From contig NC_014972.1 of the NCBI RefSeq assembly GCF_000186885.1, positions 2,760,001 to 2,792,000 on the forward strand: a stretch of 32,000 nt of DNA. The letters are read 5' to 3'. Made by a program: the position numbers and the translations under genes. A model generated the notes under the pieces. That model was given only the letters and a program-made list of their open reading frames with translations, was not told where the DNA came from and did not search any database. This document shows positions 10,014 through 19,900 of this stretch, piece after piece (the stretch's first letter is position 1; every line of letters starts with the position of its first letter). This DNA is from Desulfobulbus propionicus DSM 2032 (lineage in GTDB: Bacteria > Desulfobacterota > Desulfobulbia > Desulfobulbales > Desulfobulbaceae).

Positions 10014-10236
10014 CGTCTTCCTCGGGAAACGGCACGGCCGCCAGCTCGCCATCCTTTTTCAGCAGCAGTTCGACCTGCCCTTTGGCCTCGTCGATCTTGC
10101 CGCTGCAGAATTGCACCAGCGCCATGCCTTCGTTGAATTTTTCCAGACTCTTTTCCAGGCTGAGATCGCCGGCTTCCAGCTCATCGGTGATCTGCTCCAG
10201 TCTGGCGAGCGCGTTTTCGAAGGTCTTTTTTGCCAT
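9988..10236 (-). CDS. xseB: Exodeoxyribonuclease VII small subunit
   Basis: 82 aa from ATG at 10236: MAKKTFENALARLEQITDELEAGDLSLEKSLEKFNEGMAL, typical XseB. Sits in the classical xseB-ispA-dxs gene order. Confidence 0.85.
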   Translation of the reverse strand: MAKKTFENALARLEQITDELEAGDLSLEKSLEKFNEGMALVQFCSGKIDEAKGQVELLLKKDGELAAVPFPEEDGGDRNLSE

Positions 10237-10348
10237 ACAACGGCTCCGTCGGCCTGAACTGAGAACGATTTTATTTGCCGAATACATCGAGCAAGGGTAA
10301 TCGTCTATACTAAACACTCTCCCCGCGGGTTTCAACATCTCTTTGGCA

Positions 10349-11260
10349 ATGACAGATCTGGTCGAACGATTCGTCCGCTGGCTGCTGGTGGAAAAAGGCT
10401 ACTCGCCCCACACCGCCGACGGGTATCAGCGAGATCTCCTCGAATTTCAGCGGTTTTGTGGCGGTGTGCTCTCGCCCGAATCAATCACCTCCTCCCTGGT
10501 GCAAGCCTTTGTCGGCTCGCTCTACGCCAGCAACGCCAGTGCCTCGGTAGCGCGGAAATTGTCGGCGCTACGGACCTTTTTCCGCTTCCTCCTTCGCGAG
10601 AAGGTGATCGAATCCGATCCCGTGGCCGGCATCGTCGGCCCGAAACTCGGCCATGCCCTGCCCGCCTTCCTCACCGTGGACGAGGTATTCAGCCTGCTGG
10701 AAACGCCGGCGACCTCGGACCGTTACTGGCGCCGCGACCGAGCGGTGATGGAGGTGCTTTACGCCACTGGCATGCGGGTTGCCGAGTTGGTGGGCTGCAA
10801 CCGCGAGGATGTCGACCTGGCGGCCGAGATGGTCCGGGTGCGAGGCAAGGGCCGCAAGGAGCGGCTGGTCCCCTTCGGTCGGGCTGCCCATGAAGCCCTG
10901 GAACAGTACCTGCCCGAACGCGAAGCGCTGTGCATCGCCCGTGTGCAGCGGGGACGGAAACCCGAGCAACGCGCCCTTTTCCTCAATGGTCGGGGTACCC
11001 GGCTGTCGGCCCGTAGCGTCGAGCGCTCCATCCAGACCTACGCTCTCCGGGCCGGCATCGGTGTCACGGTCACCCCCCATGCCCTGCGCCATTCCTTTGC
11101 CACCCACCTGCTGGAAATGGGCGCCGACCTGCGCACCGTTCAGGAGCTGCTCGGCCACGTCAGCTTGTCGACCACCCAGAAATACACTCACATCAACATC
11201 GATCACTTGTCCAAGGTCTACGACCAAGCCCATCCCCAGGCCCAAAAAAAACAGCCATGA
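10349..11260 (+). CDS. xerC: Tyrosine recombinase XerC/XerD family
   Basis: N-terminal SAM-like domain followed by a catalytic domain with ATGMRVAEL (Arg), HALRHSFATHLL (His-x-x-Arg) and LGHVSLSTTQKYTH (His...Tyr). Positioned upstream of hslVU, as for xerC/codV. ATG at 10349; a TTG at 10343 is also possible. Confidence 0.8.
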   Translation: MTDLVERFVRWLLVEKGYSPHTADGYQRDLLEFQRFCGGVLSPESITSSLVQAFVGSLYASNASASVARKLSALRTFFRFLLREKVIESDPVAGIVGPKLGHALPAFLTVDEVFSLLETPATSDRYWRRDRAVMEVLYATGMRVAELVGCNREDVDLAAEMVRVRGKGRKERLVPFGRAAHEALEQYLPEREALCIARVQRGRKPEQRALFLNGRGTRLSARSVERSIQTYALRAGIGVTVTPHALRHSFATHLLEMGADLRTVQELLGHVSLSTTQKYTHINIDHLSKVYDQAHPQAQKKQP

Positions 11261-11365
11261 CCGCCAGGGCCAATGAAAACCGCCCCGGGGATTGACGGTC
11301 TGTCCCATCATGGTTACACATCAACCCCAACTTCGTCTTGTTTGAACCCTTATCCCATCACAGCT

Positions 11366-11905
11366 ATGCAGACACCGAAAATCCGCTCCACCACCATTCT
11401 TGCCGTGCGCCACCAGGGCCGGGTCGTTGTTGCCGGCGACGGTCAGGTGACCCTGGGGACCACCGTGATCAAACATCAGGCGCGCAAGGTCCGGCGCCTC
11501 TACCACGACCAGGTGATCACCGGTTTTGCCGGCTCCACCGCCGATGCGTTTACCCTGTACGACCGGCTGGAGCAGAAGCTGGAGCAGTACAACGGCAACC
11601 TGATGCGGGCTGCGGTCGAGTTGGCCAAGGACTGGCGCATGGATAAAATGCTGCGCCGTCTGGAGGCCATGCTGATCGCCGTGGATGCCAAGCACTCCCT
11701 TCTGCTTTCCGGCACCGGTGACGTCATCGAAGCTGACGACGGCATTCTCGCCATTGGTTCCGGCGGCCCCTATGCCCAAGCTGCGGCCAAGGCTCTGGTG
11801 GCCCATTCGTCGCTTGACGCCGAAGCCATTGCCCGCACCGCCCTAGAAATCGCCGGCTCGATCTGCGTCTACACCAACACCAATATCGTTGTCGAAAGTA
11901 TATGA
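11366..11905 (+). CDS. hslV: ATP-dependent protease subunit HslV (ClpQ)
   Basis: 179 aa: [31 protein letters not shown]...[12 protein letters not shown]...GILAIGSGG. The catalytic Thr-Thr is preceded by 8 residues. The longer ORF from 11273 adds 31 non-HslV-like residues. Stop overlaps the hslU start (ATGA). Confidence 0.9.
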   Translation: MQTPKIRSTTILAVRHQGRVVVAGDGQVTLGTTVIKHQARKVRRLYHDQVITGFAGSTADAFTLYDRLEQKLEQYNGNLMRAAVELAKDWRMDKMLRRLEAMLIAVDAKHSLLLSGTGDVIEADDGILAIGSGGPYAQAAAKALVAHSSLDAEAIARTALEIAGSICVYTNTNIVVESI

Positions 11906-13311
11906 AAGGCATCAATTCGCTCACCCCCAAGGAAACCGTCGCCGAACTCGACCGCTACATCATCGGCCAGCCGGAGGCCAAGCGTTCGGTGGCCATCGCC
12001 CTGCGCAACCGCTGGCGGCGGCAGCAGGTTCAGCCGCCACTGCGCGAGGAGATTGCGCCCAAGAACATCATCATGATCGGTCCGACCGGCGTGGGCAAGA
12101 CCGAGATTGCCCGGCGGCTGGCGCACCTGGCCCAGAGCCCCTTCCTCAAGGTCGAGGCCTCCAAGTTCACCGAGGTCGGCTATGTCGGCCGCGACGTCGA
12201 GTCCATGATCCGCGATCTCACCCAGTTGGCAGTCAACATGGTGACCAAGGAGGAGGAAGCTGGAGTCCAGGAAAAGGCGGCTGCCCTCGCGGAGGAACGG
12301 CTTTTGGATTTGCTGCTGCCCCGCACTCCGGGCCATGGGGCGGGCTCATCAACCCCGACAGCTTCCAATGTGATCTCGCTGGGCTACGATGGCGCCGAAG
12401 GCCGGCAGGAGGAACTGCGCGGTCAGACCACCCGGGAGCGGTTTCGGGAAATGCTGCGCCGGGGCGAGTTGGACGACCGGGTGGTCGAGCTGTCGGTGTC
12501 GGCCGGCGGCGGCACTCCGGTGGTGGAGGTCTTTTCCGCTTCCGGCATGGAGGAAATGCAGAACTCGCTTCAGGAGGCTTTTTCCAAGTTCTTTCCCAAG
12601 AAGAAACAGGCCAAGAAAATGAAGGTGCCCCAAGCCCTGGAATTTCTCAAGCGGGAAGAAGCCGAGCGGCTGGTGGACACCGAGAGCGTCACCGAAAAGG
12701 CCATCCGCCGCACCGAGCAATCGGGTATCATCTTCCTCGACGAGATCGACAAGATCGCCTCGCGCGGCGGCACCGGTTCCGGCTCGCCCGATGTCTCCCG
12801 CGAGGGGGTGCAGCGCGACCTGCTGCCCATTGTCGAAGGCACCACCGTCACCACCAAGTATGGGCCGGTCAAGACCGACCACATCCTGTTCATCGCCAGC
12901 GGCGCCTTCCACCTGTGCAAGCCCTCGGACTTGGCCCCCGAACTCCAGGGCCGTTTTCCCATCCGGGTCAATCTCCATGCCCTTGGCGAGGAGGAATTTT
13001 TCCGCATCCTCACCGAACCGAGAAACGCGTTGATCAAACAATACACAGCTCTCCTGGCCACCGAGGATATCCGCCTGGAATTCGAGGAGGAGGCCATCCG
13101 GGAGATGGCAAGGATCGCGGTCCAGGTCAATCAAAAGACCGAGGACATTGGTGCCCGCCGGTTGCACACGGTCATCGAACGGGTACTCGACGAACTTTCC
13201 TTTGATGCCCCGGACCGAGACGACCTCGCCTTCACCGTCACCGCCGACTATGTGCGCCGGCAACTGACCGACATCTCGGAGAACGAGGATCTCAGCCGCT
13301 ATATTCTCTGA
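11902..13311 (+). CDS. hslU: ATP-dependent protease ATPase subunit HslU (ClpY)
   Basis: 469 aa. [17 protein letters not shown], Walker [18 protein letters not shown], Walker [13 protein letters not shown], an intermediate domain, and a C-terminal ...NEDLSRYIL. Confidence 0.95.
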   Translation: MKGINSLTPKETVAELDRYIIGQPEAKRSVAIALRNRWRRQQVQPPLREEIAPKNIIMIGPTGVGKTEIARRLAHLAQSPFLKVEASKFTEVGYVGRDVESMIRDLTQLAVNMVTKEEEAGVQEKAAALAEERLLDLLLPRTPGHGAGSSTPTASNVISLGYDGAEGRQEELRGQTTRERFREMLRRGELDDRVVELSVSAGGGTPVVEVFSASGMEEMQNSLQEAFSKFFPKKKQAKKMKVPQALEFLKREEAERLVDTESVTEKAIRRTEQSGIIFLDEIDKIASRGGTGSGSPDVSREGVQRDLLPIVEGTTVTTKYGPVKTDHILFIASGAFHLCKPSDLAPELQGRFPIRVNLHALGEEEFFRILTEPRNALIKQYTALLATEDIRLEFEEEAIREMARIAVQVNQKTEDIGARRLHTVIERVLDELSFDAPDRDDLAFTVTADYVRRQLTDISENEDLSRYIL

Positions 13312-13327
13312 TCCGCAGGTGTGAACC

Positions 13328-13849
13328 ATGCAGCATTCCATTGATCCTGAGCTGAACTACTGTCCCCGCTGCCATGATGAGTATCGGCCGGACATTCAGA
13401 GATGTGCTGCCTGCGGGGTAGCCTTGCAGAACGGCGCGCTGGTGCTGGCACAAATGGAGGCTCAAAAACACAAGACCACACGGTCCCTGAAAATTGAGGC
13501 CGACGAACCGTTGCTCGCTGTCCGCAAAGGAACGGTGGCGCAGATCAAGGAACTACAAACCCGCCTCATGCAGCGGGGGCTTCCCTCCCTGGCGATCAAG
13601 GAGGGCGCAGGCGGCTGCGGTTGCCGCGGGACCGAGCTGGTGCTCCAAGTACGGGAGAGCGATCTGCCGGAGGTCATGGCGGTCCTTGAGGAGGAGTACC
13701 GCCAAAGCACGGGACTTGACGACCACGATACCCGCTTTGCCGGAGCAGTCTACGACACCCAGGCTGCCGAGGCGGTCTGCCCGGCCTGCGGGCACCGCTT
13801 TTCAACCACGGCGACCGTCTGTCCCGGTTGCGGTCTCTGTTTTGTCTGA
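13328..13849 (+). CDS. Hypothetical protein with N- and C-terminal zinc-ribbon motifs
   Basis: 173 aa. CPRCHDEY...CAACG at the N-terminus and CPACGHRF...CPGCG at the C-terminus, flanking a small alpha/beta-looking core. High GC3. No family name recognised with confidence. Confidence 0.55.
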   Translation: MQHSIDPELNYCPRCHDEYRPDIQRCAACGVALQNGALVLAQMEAQKHKTTRSLKIEADEPLLAVRKGTVAQIKELQTRLMQRGLPSLAIKEGAGGCGCRGTELVLQVRESDLPEVMAVLEEEYRQSTGLDDHDTRFAGAVYDTQAAEAVCPACGHRFSTTATVCPGCGLCFV

Positions 13850-13912
13850 AGCAGGGAGGCCCCTCTTTCTTCGAGTGCATGCCACTGTCTCTTCCCCAAA
13901 CAGCCTGGCCGC

Positions 13913-13942
13913 TTGACGGTGGCCGCGCCTCTGTTTTACAAT
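13913..13942 (+). promoter_or_regulatory. Candidate sigma70 promoter for the SAM-hydrolase gene
   Basis: TTGACG (13913-13918), an 18-nt spacer, then TACAAT (13937-13942), ~85 nt upstream of ATG 14028. It sits at the edge of an AT-rich patch. Confidence 0.35.
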
Positions 13943-14027
13943 ATAAAAATAATATTGAACCGGGTTTGTGCACAATACGGTTCCTGGGCACACTCACTTC
14001 TATCGCACGTATCGGAACAACAGCCCC

Positions 14028-14834
14028 ATGGGTAGAGCTTCAGCTGTCATCACCCTGACCACGGATTTTGGCCTGCTCGACCCGTATGCCGGCCAACTCA
14101 AGGGCGCGCTGCTCACCGGCTGCCCCGACGCCACCATTATCGACATCACCCATGCCATTCCCGCCTGGGATGTGGTCACCGCCGCCGTGACCATCCGGAC
14201 AAGTTACGCCTTTTTCCCCCGCAGTACAGTCCATCTGATCGTGGTCGATCCGGGGGTGGGCAGCCAGCGCGCAATCCTCGCCGCTACAGGAGGCGGCCAT
14301 TTCTTCGTAGCCCCGGACAACGGGATCCTCTCGCTGCTGGTGCTCGATCACAAGATCGAAACCATCCATCGAGTGGAGCATCCCGATTTCTTTGCCGCTG
14401 GCGTCAGCCCGACCTTCCATGGCCGTGACATCATGGCCCCGGTGGCAGCGGCCCTCGCCCAAGGAACCCGCCTGGATCATGTTGGCCCGCCGCTGGCCCC
14501 TGCGGACATCAAGATGGCGATCGTGCCGGCAACCGTTGCGGCGGCCGGCTGCCTCCAGGGGCAGGTGTTACGCATCGACCATTTCGGCAATGTACGCACT
14601 TCCATCCGGGCTGGCGGCGGCCGATTCGATCCCACGTGCTTCGGTTTTCTCGAGATCGGCGATCAGCAGATTGCCCAGCTGGTCAGAACCTACAACGAAG
14701 CACAGAGCGGAACCCTGTTCGTCCTTATCGACAGTTCCGGCTATCTCGAGATCGCCGCCAACCAGGCGAGCGCCGCCCAAATGATAGGTTGCTCGGTTGG
14801 CGATCCGATCACCGTCCATCTCGTTCAAAAATAA
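14028..14834 (+). CDS. SAM hydroxide adenosyltransferase / SAM hydrolase family protein (DUF62, fluorinase-chlorinase-like fold)
   Basis: 268 aa from ATG at 14028. ITLTTDFGLLDPYAGQLKGALL and HLIVVDPGVGSQR are the characteristic N-terminal-domain motifs, followed by a C-terminal beta-barrel-like part. The ORF-track GTG at 13968 adds 20 unlikely residues. Confidence 0.7.
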   Translation: MGRASAVITLTTDFGLLDPYAGQLKGALLTGCPDATIIDITHAIPAWDVVTAAVTIRTSYAFFPRSTVHLIVVDPGVGSQRAILAATGGGHFFVAPDNGILSLLVLDHKIETIHRVEHPDFFAAGVSPTFHGRDIMAPVAAALAQGTRLDHVGPPLAPADIKMAIVPATVAAAGCLQGQVLRIDHFGNVRTSIRAGGGRFDPTCFGFLEIGDQQIAQLVRTYNEAQSGTLFVLIDSSGYLEIAANQASAAQMIGCSVGDPITVHLVQK

Positions 14835-14953
14835 GCCTGGATGCCCCCTATCGCATGCCAACCAGCTGGAATCCACCCTTTTTCGGCTCTCCTGTATATC
14901 GTGGTCATTTTTTCCCTTGATTCGCGGACAGCGAATCGGCGACGCGACTGATC

Positions 14954-14990
14954 AAAAAAAAACGGCTCATCTTTCTTGATGAGCCGTTTC
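14954..14990 (-). terminator. Rho-independent terminator (strong on minus strand for the ABM gene; weaker bidirectional use possible)
   Basis: ACGGCTCATC-TTTCTT-GATGAGCCGT is a 10-bp perfect stem, extendable to 12 bp. It is flanked by A9 (14954-14962), which gives a U-run on the minus strand, and lies 58 nt past the ABM stop. On the plus strand it is followed only by TTCTT. Confidence 0.6.
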
Positions 14991-15044
14991 TTCACGCTTA
15001 CCCAATCCGGTTCAATGAAAACCGGAAGTTGACGCGGGTATCTG

Positions 15045-15332
15045 TCAGGCGTTTTCGAATATTTCGTATCGGGTTGGTTCTCCGAGCAGTTTATCGATCT
15101 GTTCTTGCAGATCAATCCGCTCCTTGCTTAACGTCCATTGCCGCCAGTCATCAAGCGACTGCCAGGTGCTGATAACCATGCTCACGCCCGGTTCATCAAC
15201 CCGGGTAAACGATTCTCCCGAAATATAGCCCGGCTGGTTGAGTGTTAACGCACGCATTTTGCGGAGCAATTTATCCAGCTCCGGAACCTTGTTTTCCGCC
15301 ACCTTCCTCTTGATCAAAACCTTGACAGCCAT
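15045..15332 (-). CDS. Small ABM-fold (antibiotic-biosynthesis-monooxygenase-like) protein
   Basis: 95 aa from ATG at 15332, with a very good RBS (AAGGAGGAACAC-ATG). MAVKVLIKRKV...PGYISGESF...VSMVISTWQSLDDWRQW fits the ferredoxin-like ABM pattern. The 200-aa ORF-track version (to 15647) has a non-protein-like N-terminus. Confidence 0.6.
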   Translation of the reverse strand: MAVKVLIKRKVAENKVPELDKLLRKMRALTLNQPGYISGESFTRVDEPGVSMVISTWQSLDDWRQWTLSKERIDLQEQIDKLLGEPTRYEIFENA

Positions 15333-15410
15333 GTGTTCCTCCTTGTGTTGTGATGTAAGTTGATAGGACGTACATGAACAACCGGACAGCGAACAACGTG
15401 TTACAGAATT

Positions 15411-15439
15411 ATTATATGCATCCGTTACGCAGGAAGCAA
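15411..15439 (-). promoter_or_regulatory. Candidate sigma70 promoter for the ABM gene
   Basis: The minus strand reads TTGCTT (15439-15434), a 17-nt spacer, then TATAAT (15416-15411), ~80 nt upstream of ATG 15332. Confidence 0.45.
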
Positions 15440-15488
15440 TTAAATGTGCTGATGGATTGGAAAAATGATGATGTCTCACACTGCGCCC

Positions 15489-15518
15489 AAATAAAATCGA
15501 CCAAGCCCGCCTTGGACG
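15489..15518 (-). terminator. Possible intrinsic terminator after the OmpA-like gene
   Basis: The minus strand reads CGTCCAAG-GCGGG-CTTGGTCG (8-bp stem, one mismatch) followed by ATTTTATTT, ~130 nt after the stop at 15648. Confidence 0.35.
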
Positions 15519-15647
15519 AAGACGCCATCCAAGCTCTCTCCCTCGAACGGGTCGAACATAACGAAGTTCCCCTGGGTGCCGTGACGGTATCCGGAAACCG
15601 GCTGATCCAAGGGGACCAACCGGTTCTGCGGCGTGTCGTGTGCGCAA

Positions 15648-16286
15648 TCAGCTCTGGCGAATGGGATTGATGACGATATTCACCCGGCGATTCATGGCAT
15701 CGCTGGAGGAAATCGGTTGCGACTCGCCATACCCGACCGCTTCGATTCGACTAGGATTGACTCCCTGCTGGGCCAACGCGTTTTTCACTGCCATAGCCCG
15801 CCGTTCCGACAGTTGCTGATTGTACTGATCCGACCCGCGTGCATCAGTATGCCCCTCAACACGAATGGTGGTTTGCGGATAGTTATTCAGAACATTGGTG
15901 ATCCGATTAAGTTCGTTATACGCACCGGGCTTAAGCTGTGAGGAATTGGTATCAAAGAACATATCGCTCTTGAACGTAGCGGTGAGCACATCCTGATCGC
16001 GCCTGATACTGGCCGCTTCGGACTGGGCCATGGCATCGCGCAGAGCCCGCTCCTGATTGTCCATGTAGGCTCCGATCTGGTTGCCGGCGAGACCGCCCAA
16101 GGCCGCGCCGATACCGGCGCCAACCAAGGTACTGGTGGTATTGTGGCCAATAGCCTGCCCCAGCAACGCCCCCACACCAGCCCCGACGCCAGCGCCCACG
16201 GCGGTTCCTGTCTGTTGATTGGTGGCGCAGGCGGTCAACATGGTGGCCAGCGCAATACCGGTGGAAATCCTCATCAAGCGATTCAT
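15648..16286 (-). CDS. OmpA-family lipoprotein with glycine-zipper segment
   Basis: ATG at 16286 is preceded by AAGGAG. Lipobox ALATMLTA|C; Gly-zipper GTAVGAGVGAGVGALLGQAIG...GAGIGAALGGLAGNQIG; OmpA C-terminal domain IRVEGHTDARGSDQYNQQLSERRAMAVKNAL. The ORF-track GTG at 16292 is an alternative start. Confidence 0.8.
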   Translation of the reverse strand: MNRLMRISTGIALATMLTACATNQQTGTAVGAGVGAGVGALLGQAIGHNTTSTLVGAGIGAALGGLAGNQIGAYMDNQERALRDAMAQSEAASIRRDQDVLTATFKSDMFFDTNSSQLKPGAYNELNRITNVLNNYPQTTIRVEGHTDARGSDQYNQQLSERRAMAVKNALAQQGVNPSRIEAVGYGESQPISSSDAMNRRVNIVINPIRQS

Positions 16287-16387
16287 AGTCACTCCTTATA
16301 GTTGGTTTGTGTTGAGTTAGCCTTTGGACAAGCAATCATGTCTTGCAATAAGATTCTTCGAATAGCGAATCAACCCATTACCATTAA

Positions 16388-16396
16388 TTTATATCA
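16388..16396 (-). promoter_or_regulatory. Extended -10 element (TGATATAAA) upstream of the OmpA-like gene
   Basis: The minus strand reads TGATATAAA ~95 nt upstream of ATG 16286. No convincing -35 element. Confidence 0.25.
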
Positions 16397-16778
16397 CTTT
16401 ACAGGGGATTCAGAAGTAAAAAGCCACCCCTTGAACGAATTCGTCGGGCAACAATGCATTCAACGAATATCCGCTTTGGAGCGACACGACTAGCAGGCTG
16501 TTGAAAAAGGGACGTAGTCGGGACAAAGTCTCATGGTTTCCGTCTTGCTTGCTTCGTTTGAACCTTCGCCACCGAATAAAGGCAGTTTCAGCCAGCATTA
16601 ACTTTCTCGCTCTTGATGCAAAATCCTGCCAATTTCACCCCAAAACCGAAAAGTTTCTTGTTTTAGAAATTTGTCCGCAAAATTTTTTCCAGACGTCCAC
16701 AAATGCCCATAGCGTTTGGAAAAAGTGCCATAAAAGTATCACCATTCCACGCTATTCAAAGTTTCTGGGTTTATGTGC

Positions 16779-16805
16779 CCCCCTATACCCCCTATACCCC
16801 CTGTA
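16779..16805. repeat. Tandem 9-mer x3 (CCCCCTATA CCCCCTATA CCCCCTGTA)
   Basis: Read directly from the sequence. Lies in the AT-rich non-coding stretch ~130 bp downstream of the histidine-kinase stop. Confidence 0.9.
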
Positions 16806-16932
16806 AGCTGTCACGCAAACGCAGAATTTTTTTGAAGTAAAGCTAGAAACTTTGATCAAGTAAGCTCATAGGCGATTATGAACCCCTTTCGCCTGGAACA
16901 AGGCGATCAAACTATTCTTAGATAGTCGGCGC

Positions 16933-19900
16933 TCACTTGCGGTTAGCTTTCGTTTGGTCGAGTAATTTCCTCAAGAGGGAGGCGATCTCCTTCTTAACCA
17001 AGGGCTTCATGGCAAACCCCTTAATACCCAGCAATTTTGCCTTTTCTTCTGAAATTAAATTACTGTAGCCTGTACAAAGGATGATAGGAATATTTGGTCT
17101 TATTTGTAGTATTTTAAGAGCTAGATCACTTCCTGTTAATCCTGGCATCGTTTGATCCGTAATTACGGCATCAAAGGATTCAGGGTGATTCTGAAACGTT
17201 ACCAGCGCGTCTAGGCTGTTGGTCCGACCTGTTACTTTGTATCCCTGCTGCTCCAGCATAAGTACACCCAACTCAACAAGGATCTCCTCATCATCGACAA
17301 AGAGAATCCGCTCAACACCGGAAGGATCAAGCTCAACAGCCATCGGGCGTTGGGATTCCATGCGCTCGACGGCGGGGAAATAAACACGGAAAACAGTTCC
17401 TTTCCCTCGTTCGCTGTCACAGATAATGAATCCTTCATGGCTGGTGACAATTCCATGGACAATGGACAAACCCATTCCAGTCCCTTTGCCAACGGACTTA
17501 GTTGTGAAAAAAGGGTCAAAAATCTTGTCCCGTATTTCAGAGGAGATGCCATCTCCGGTATCACGTACGGCCAGTTCAACAAATTTTCCGGGCTGTATCT
17601 CTGAAAGATGCTGCACGTCGGATTCAACCAACTCTCTATTTTGCAATGTGATCTCTAGTACGCCACCTGTCTTTTCCATTGCGTGGAAAGCATTGGTACA
17701 TAAATTGACAAGGATTTGATGCACCTGTGTCGGATCGGCAATAATGGGCCATACAGAGGTTTCGAGATTTTGCCTGATCAAAATCGTAGACGGAAGCGAT
17801 GGCCGGAGCAGCTTGATGGCCTCTTTGACTATATAGATAGGAAACAAGGAGACACGTTTTGATTCAACCTGTCGACTGAACTCGAGAATCTGTTTGACCA
17901 AATCGCTGGCCCTGTTAGCCGCCTCATTAACCCGATCGAGGTATTTACTTGCCATCGGATCAAGGGAGATGATTTCTCGTGCCATCTCGGTATATCCAAG
18001 AATTGCTCCAAGAATATTGTTGAAATCATGGGCTATGCCGCCAGCTAGGGTGCCAATGGCTTCCATCTTTTGAGATTGGATTAACTGGGTCTGCAGCTTT
18101 CTTTTTTCTTCTTCTGCTTTTTTGTTTTCCGTGATATCTCTCGAAAAACTGGCCACTTGGACGACATCACCCTGATTATCGAGAATAGGGAAAAGGCGAA
18201 CCCTGTAATATTTGTCTTCTCTAGACTCATCGTATTGAACCAACCTTCGCTCATAAAGGATCTGGTCTATGGCTTTACGGCGCATCTCCGAAGATTCTCC
18301 GGGCAAAAAATCAAAAATATTTTGTCCCCTCATTCCATCGGCGCACAAAGAACGCCTCCGAGCTGCGTTTTCATTGAGGTCGAGGATGGTCCCGCACGGT
18401 CTGACCAAAATCACAGAATCGGAAGTGGCGTTGAAAAGTGCCTTGAACCAGGCAACGCTCTTTTTGAGTTTTTCCTCCGTAAACTTTTTATCGGTAATAT
18501 CTCGAATACTTTCGATGGCCCCAATAATCTTTCCTGATTGGTCATGTAGAGGTGAAGCTTTGGCATATACCCATGCCCCTTTCTTTCCATTGTACAGCGC
18601 CTTGCAAAACACTTCCGTTGTTAACGTTTCACCTTCCCGGACAATATTGGGATATAGCGAAGCGACGTCATCGTTATCTTCAAAGATAAGATCTATCAAC
18701 TGGGGACGAGCTTCACCATAAAACGGCACTGTGTAGGCATAATCGCCTTTTCCCAGCATGTCCGTTGCCGATAAGCCGGTCATTTTTTCGATCGCCTTAT
18801 TCCAGATGATGATTGTCCCATCTCGGTCGATGGCAAAGGTGGCATCCGGCAGAAAGTCAATTATATCGGTTAGTCGTTTTCGTTCTTCCTGTAAGGCTGC
18901 TTCAGCCTGTTTATTCAATAAAGCCTCACCGATATGCGAAGCGATATTTTCGAGAAGGGCAATCGAACTCCGCGAAAAACTCCCCTTCTGTTTGTTGCTG
19001 AAATGGATGAGCCCGACAATCTCTTCTTTGACCCGAATCGGTATCAAGGCAAAGGATGCGTATCCGTTGAAAACACATTGGTTACGTGGATGAAACCTGG
19101 GGTCAGTTTCAGGGGCGATGTCTAGGAGTACTAGAGAATCGTTCACCCAAAAGCTACCTCCTGACGTAAAATATGGTTTAACAGAATCAAATCGACCCGA
19201 AAGAACCAATCCACAGGCACAGGCTAACTGAGCCTTACCGTCTTTATTGCGGTAAATGGCACCATCTTTGGTATATTCAAGCAAAGAATTTTCATGCTGC
19301 AAAAAGTTGTCAGAAAAACCTCGTTGCGCATAAAAGGGAAAATCTTCCCCTTCTTTCAAGCGGATACCAACAGCATCAAATTTTGTCCCTTGCTTTAAAA
19401 CTTCAAGAATGCGATGGATGGACTCTGGCAGGGTTCCCAGACCGCTAAGAATCTGTAAAATTTTTCGGCTTAACTCCCTATAGGATTCTGCTTTTTTGTG
19501 ATCAGTAATATCGCGGAAAAAACAATGAGTTTGCCGAAAATTTCCTTCCGGATCTCGTCCTATCCTGCCATCACAAGAAACCGAAATCACAGAACCGTCT
19601 TGCCTTAGCATATCGAACTCAACGGATGTGACGACGCCGAGCTCTTTAAACAGTGGAAAATTTTCAGCGAAAAAGGGGCGCCAATCAGGATGGAGGAATT
19701 CAGCAAAGCTCTTGCCTATAACTTCTTTTCGCGACCATCCCAGCGTATCAAGCCAAGTCTGATTGACTTCGACCAAACACCCATCCTCATCAAGAGACTG
19801 GTAACCAAAAGGGGCGAGTTCAAATAACTGTTTCATGTTTTCTGAGGTTGTTCGCAGCTGTAATTCCCTTTCCTTCAATTCGGAAAATTCTTGCAAAGAA

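Noticed and set aside
11292-11360. Sigma32 heat-shock promoter for hslVU from the TTGA / CCCAT elements
   Set aside because: The spacing between TTGA and CCCAT is 7-8 nt in both copies, far from the 13-17 nt of sigma32 promoters.
11273-11365. Longer hslV start at ATG 11273
   Set aside because: It adds 31 residues ([31 protein letters not shown]) with no similarity to HslV and would bury the N-terminal catalytic Thr even deeper. Kept only as an alternative.
591-13341. Other long antisense or out-of-frame ORFs in the housekeeping part (591..1610, 6727..7719, 8191..9261, 9171..10136, 10568..11311, 11889..13205, 12349..13341)
   Set aside because: Each overlaps a confidently identified gene (motB/motA, dnaE, dxs, ispA, xerC, hslU) and has junk-like composition.
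15333-15647. N-terminal 105 residues of the 200-aa ORF 15045..15647
   Set aside because: Arg/Pro/Ser/Gly/His-rich junk. The region contains a good promoter, and a strong RBS sits just before the internal ATG at 15332, so it is treated as intergenic.
16616-16631. Sigma54-type promoter TGGCAG-GATT-TTGCAT (minus strand) upstream of the OmpA-like gene
   Set aside because: The GG-to-GC spacing is 9 nt instead of the strictly conserved 10, and the site lies ~330 nt from the start codon.
16779-16805. G-quadruplex on the minus strand (GGGGG TATA GGGGG TATA GGGGGG)
   Set aside because: Only three G-runs are present, and a canonical intramolecular G4 needs four.
16293-16932. tRNA gene, att site or integrase remnant marking the prophage boundary
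   Set aside because: I could not fold any cloverleaf or find a T-loop-like GGTTCGAATCC, and no ORF fragment resembled an integrase. The absence is by eye only and should be rechecked with tRNAscan-SE/ARAGORN and BLASTX.
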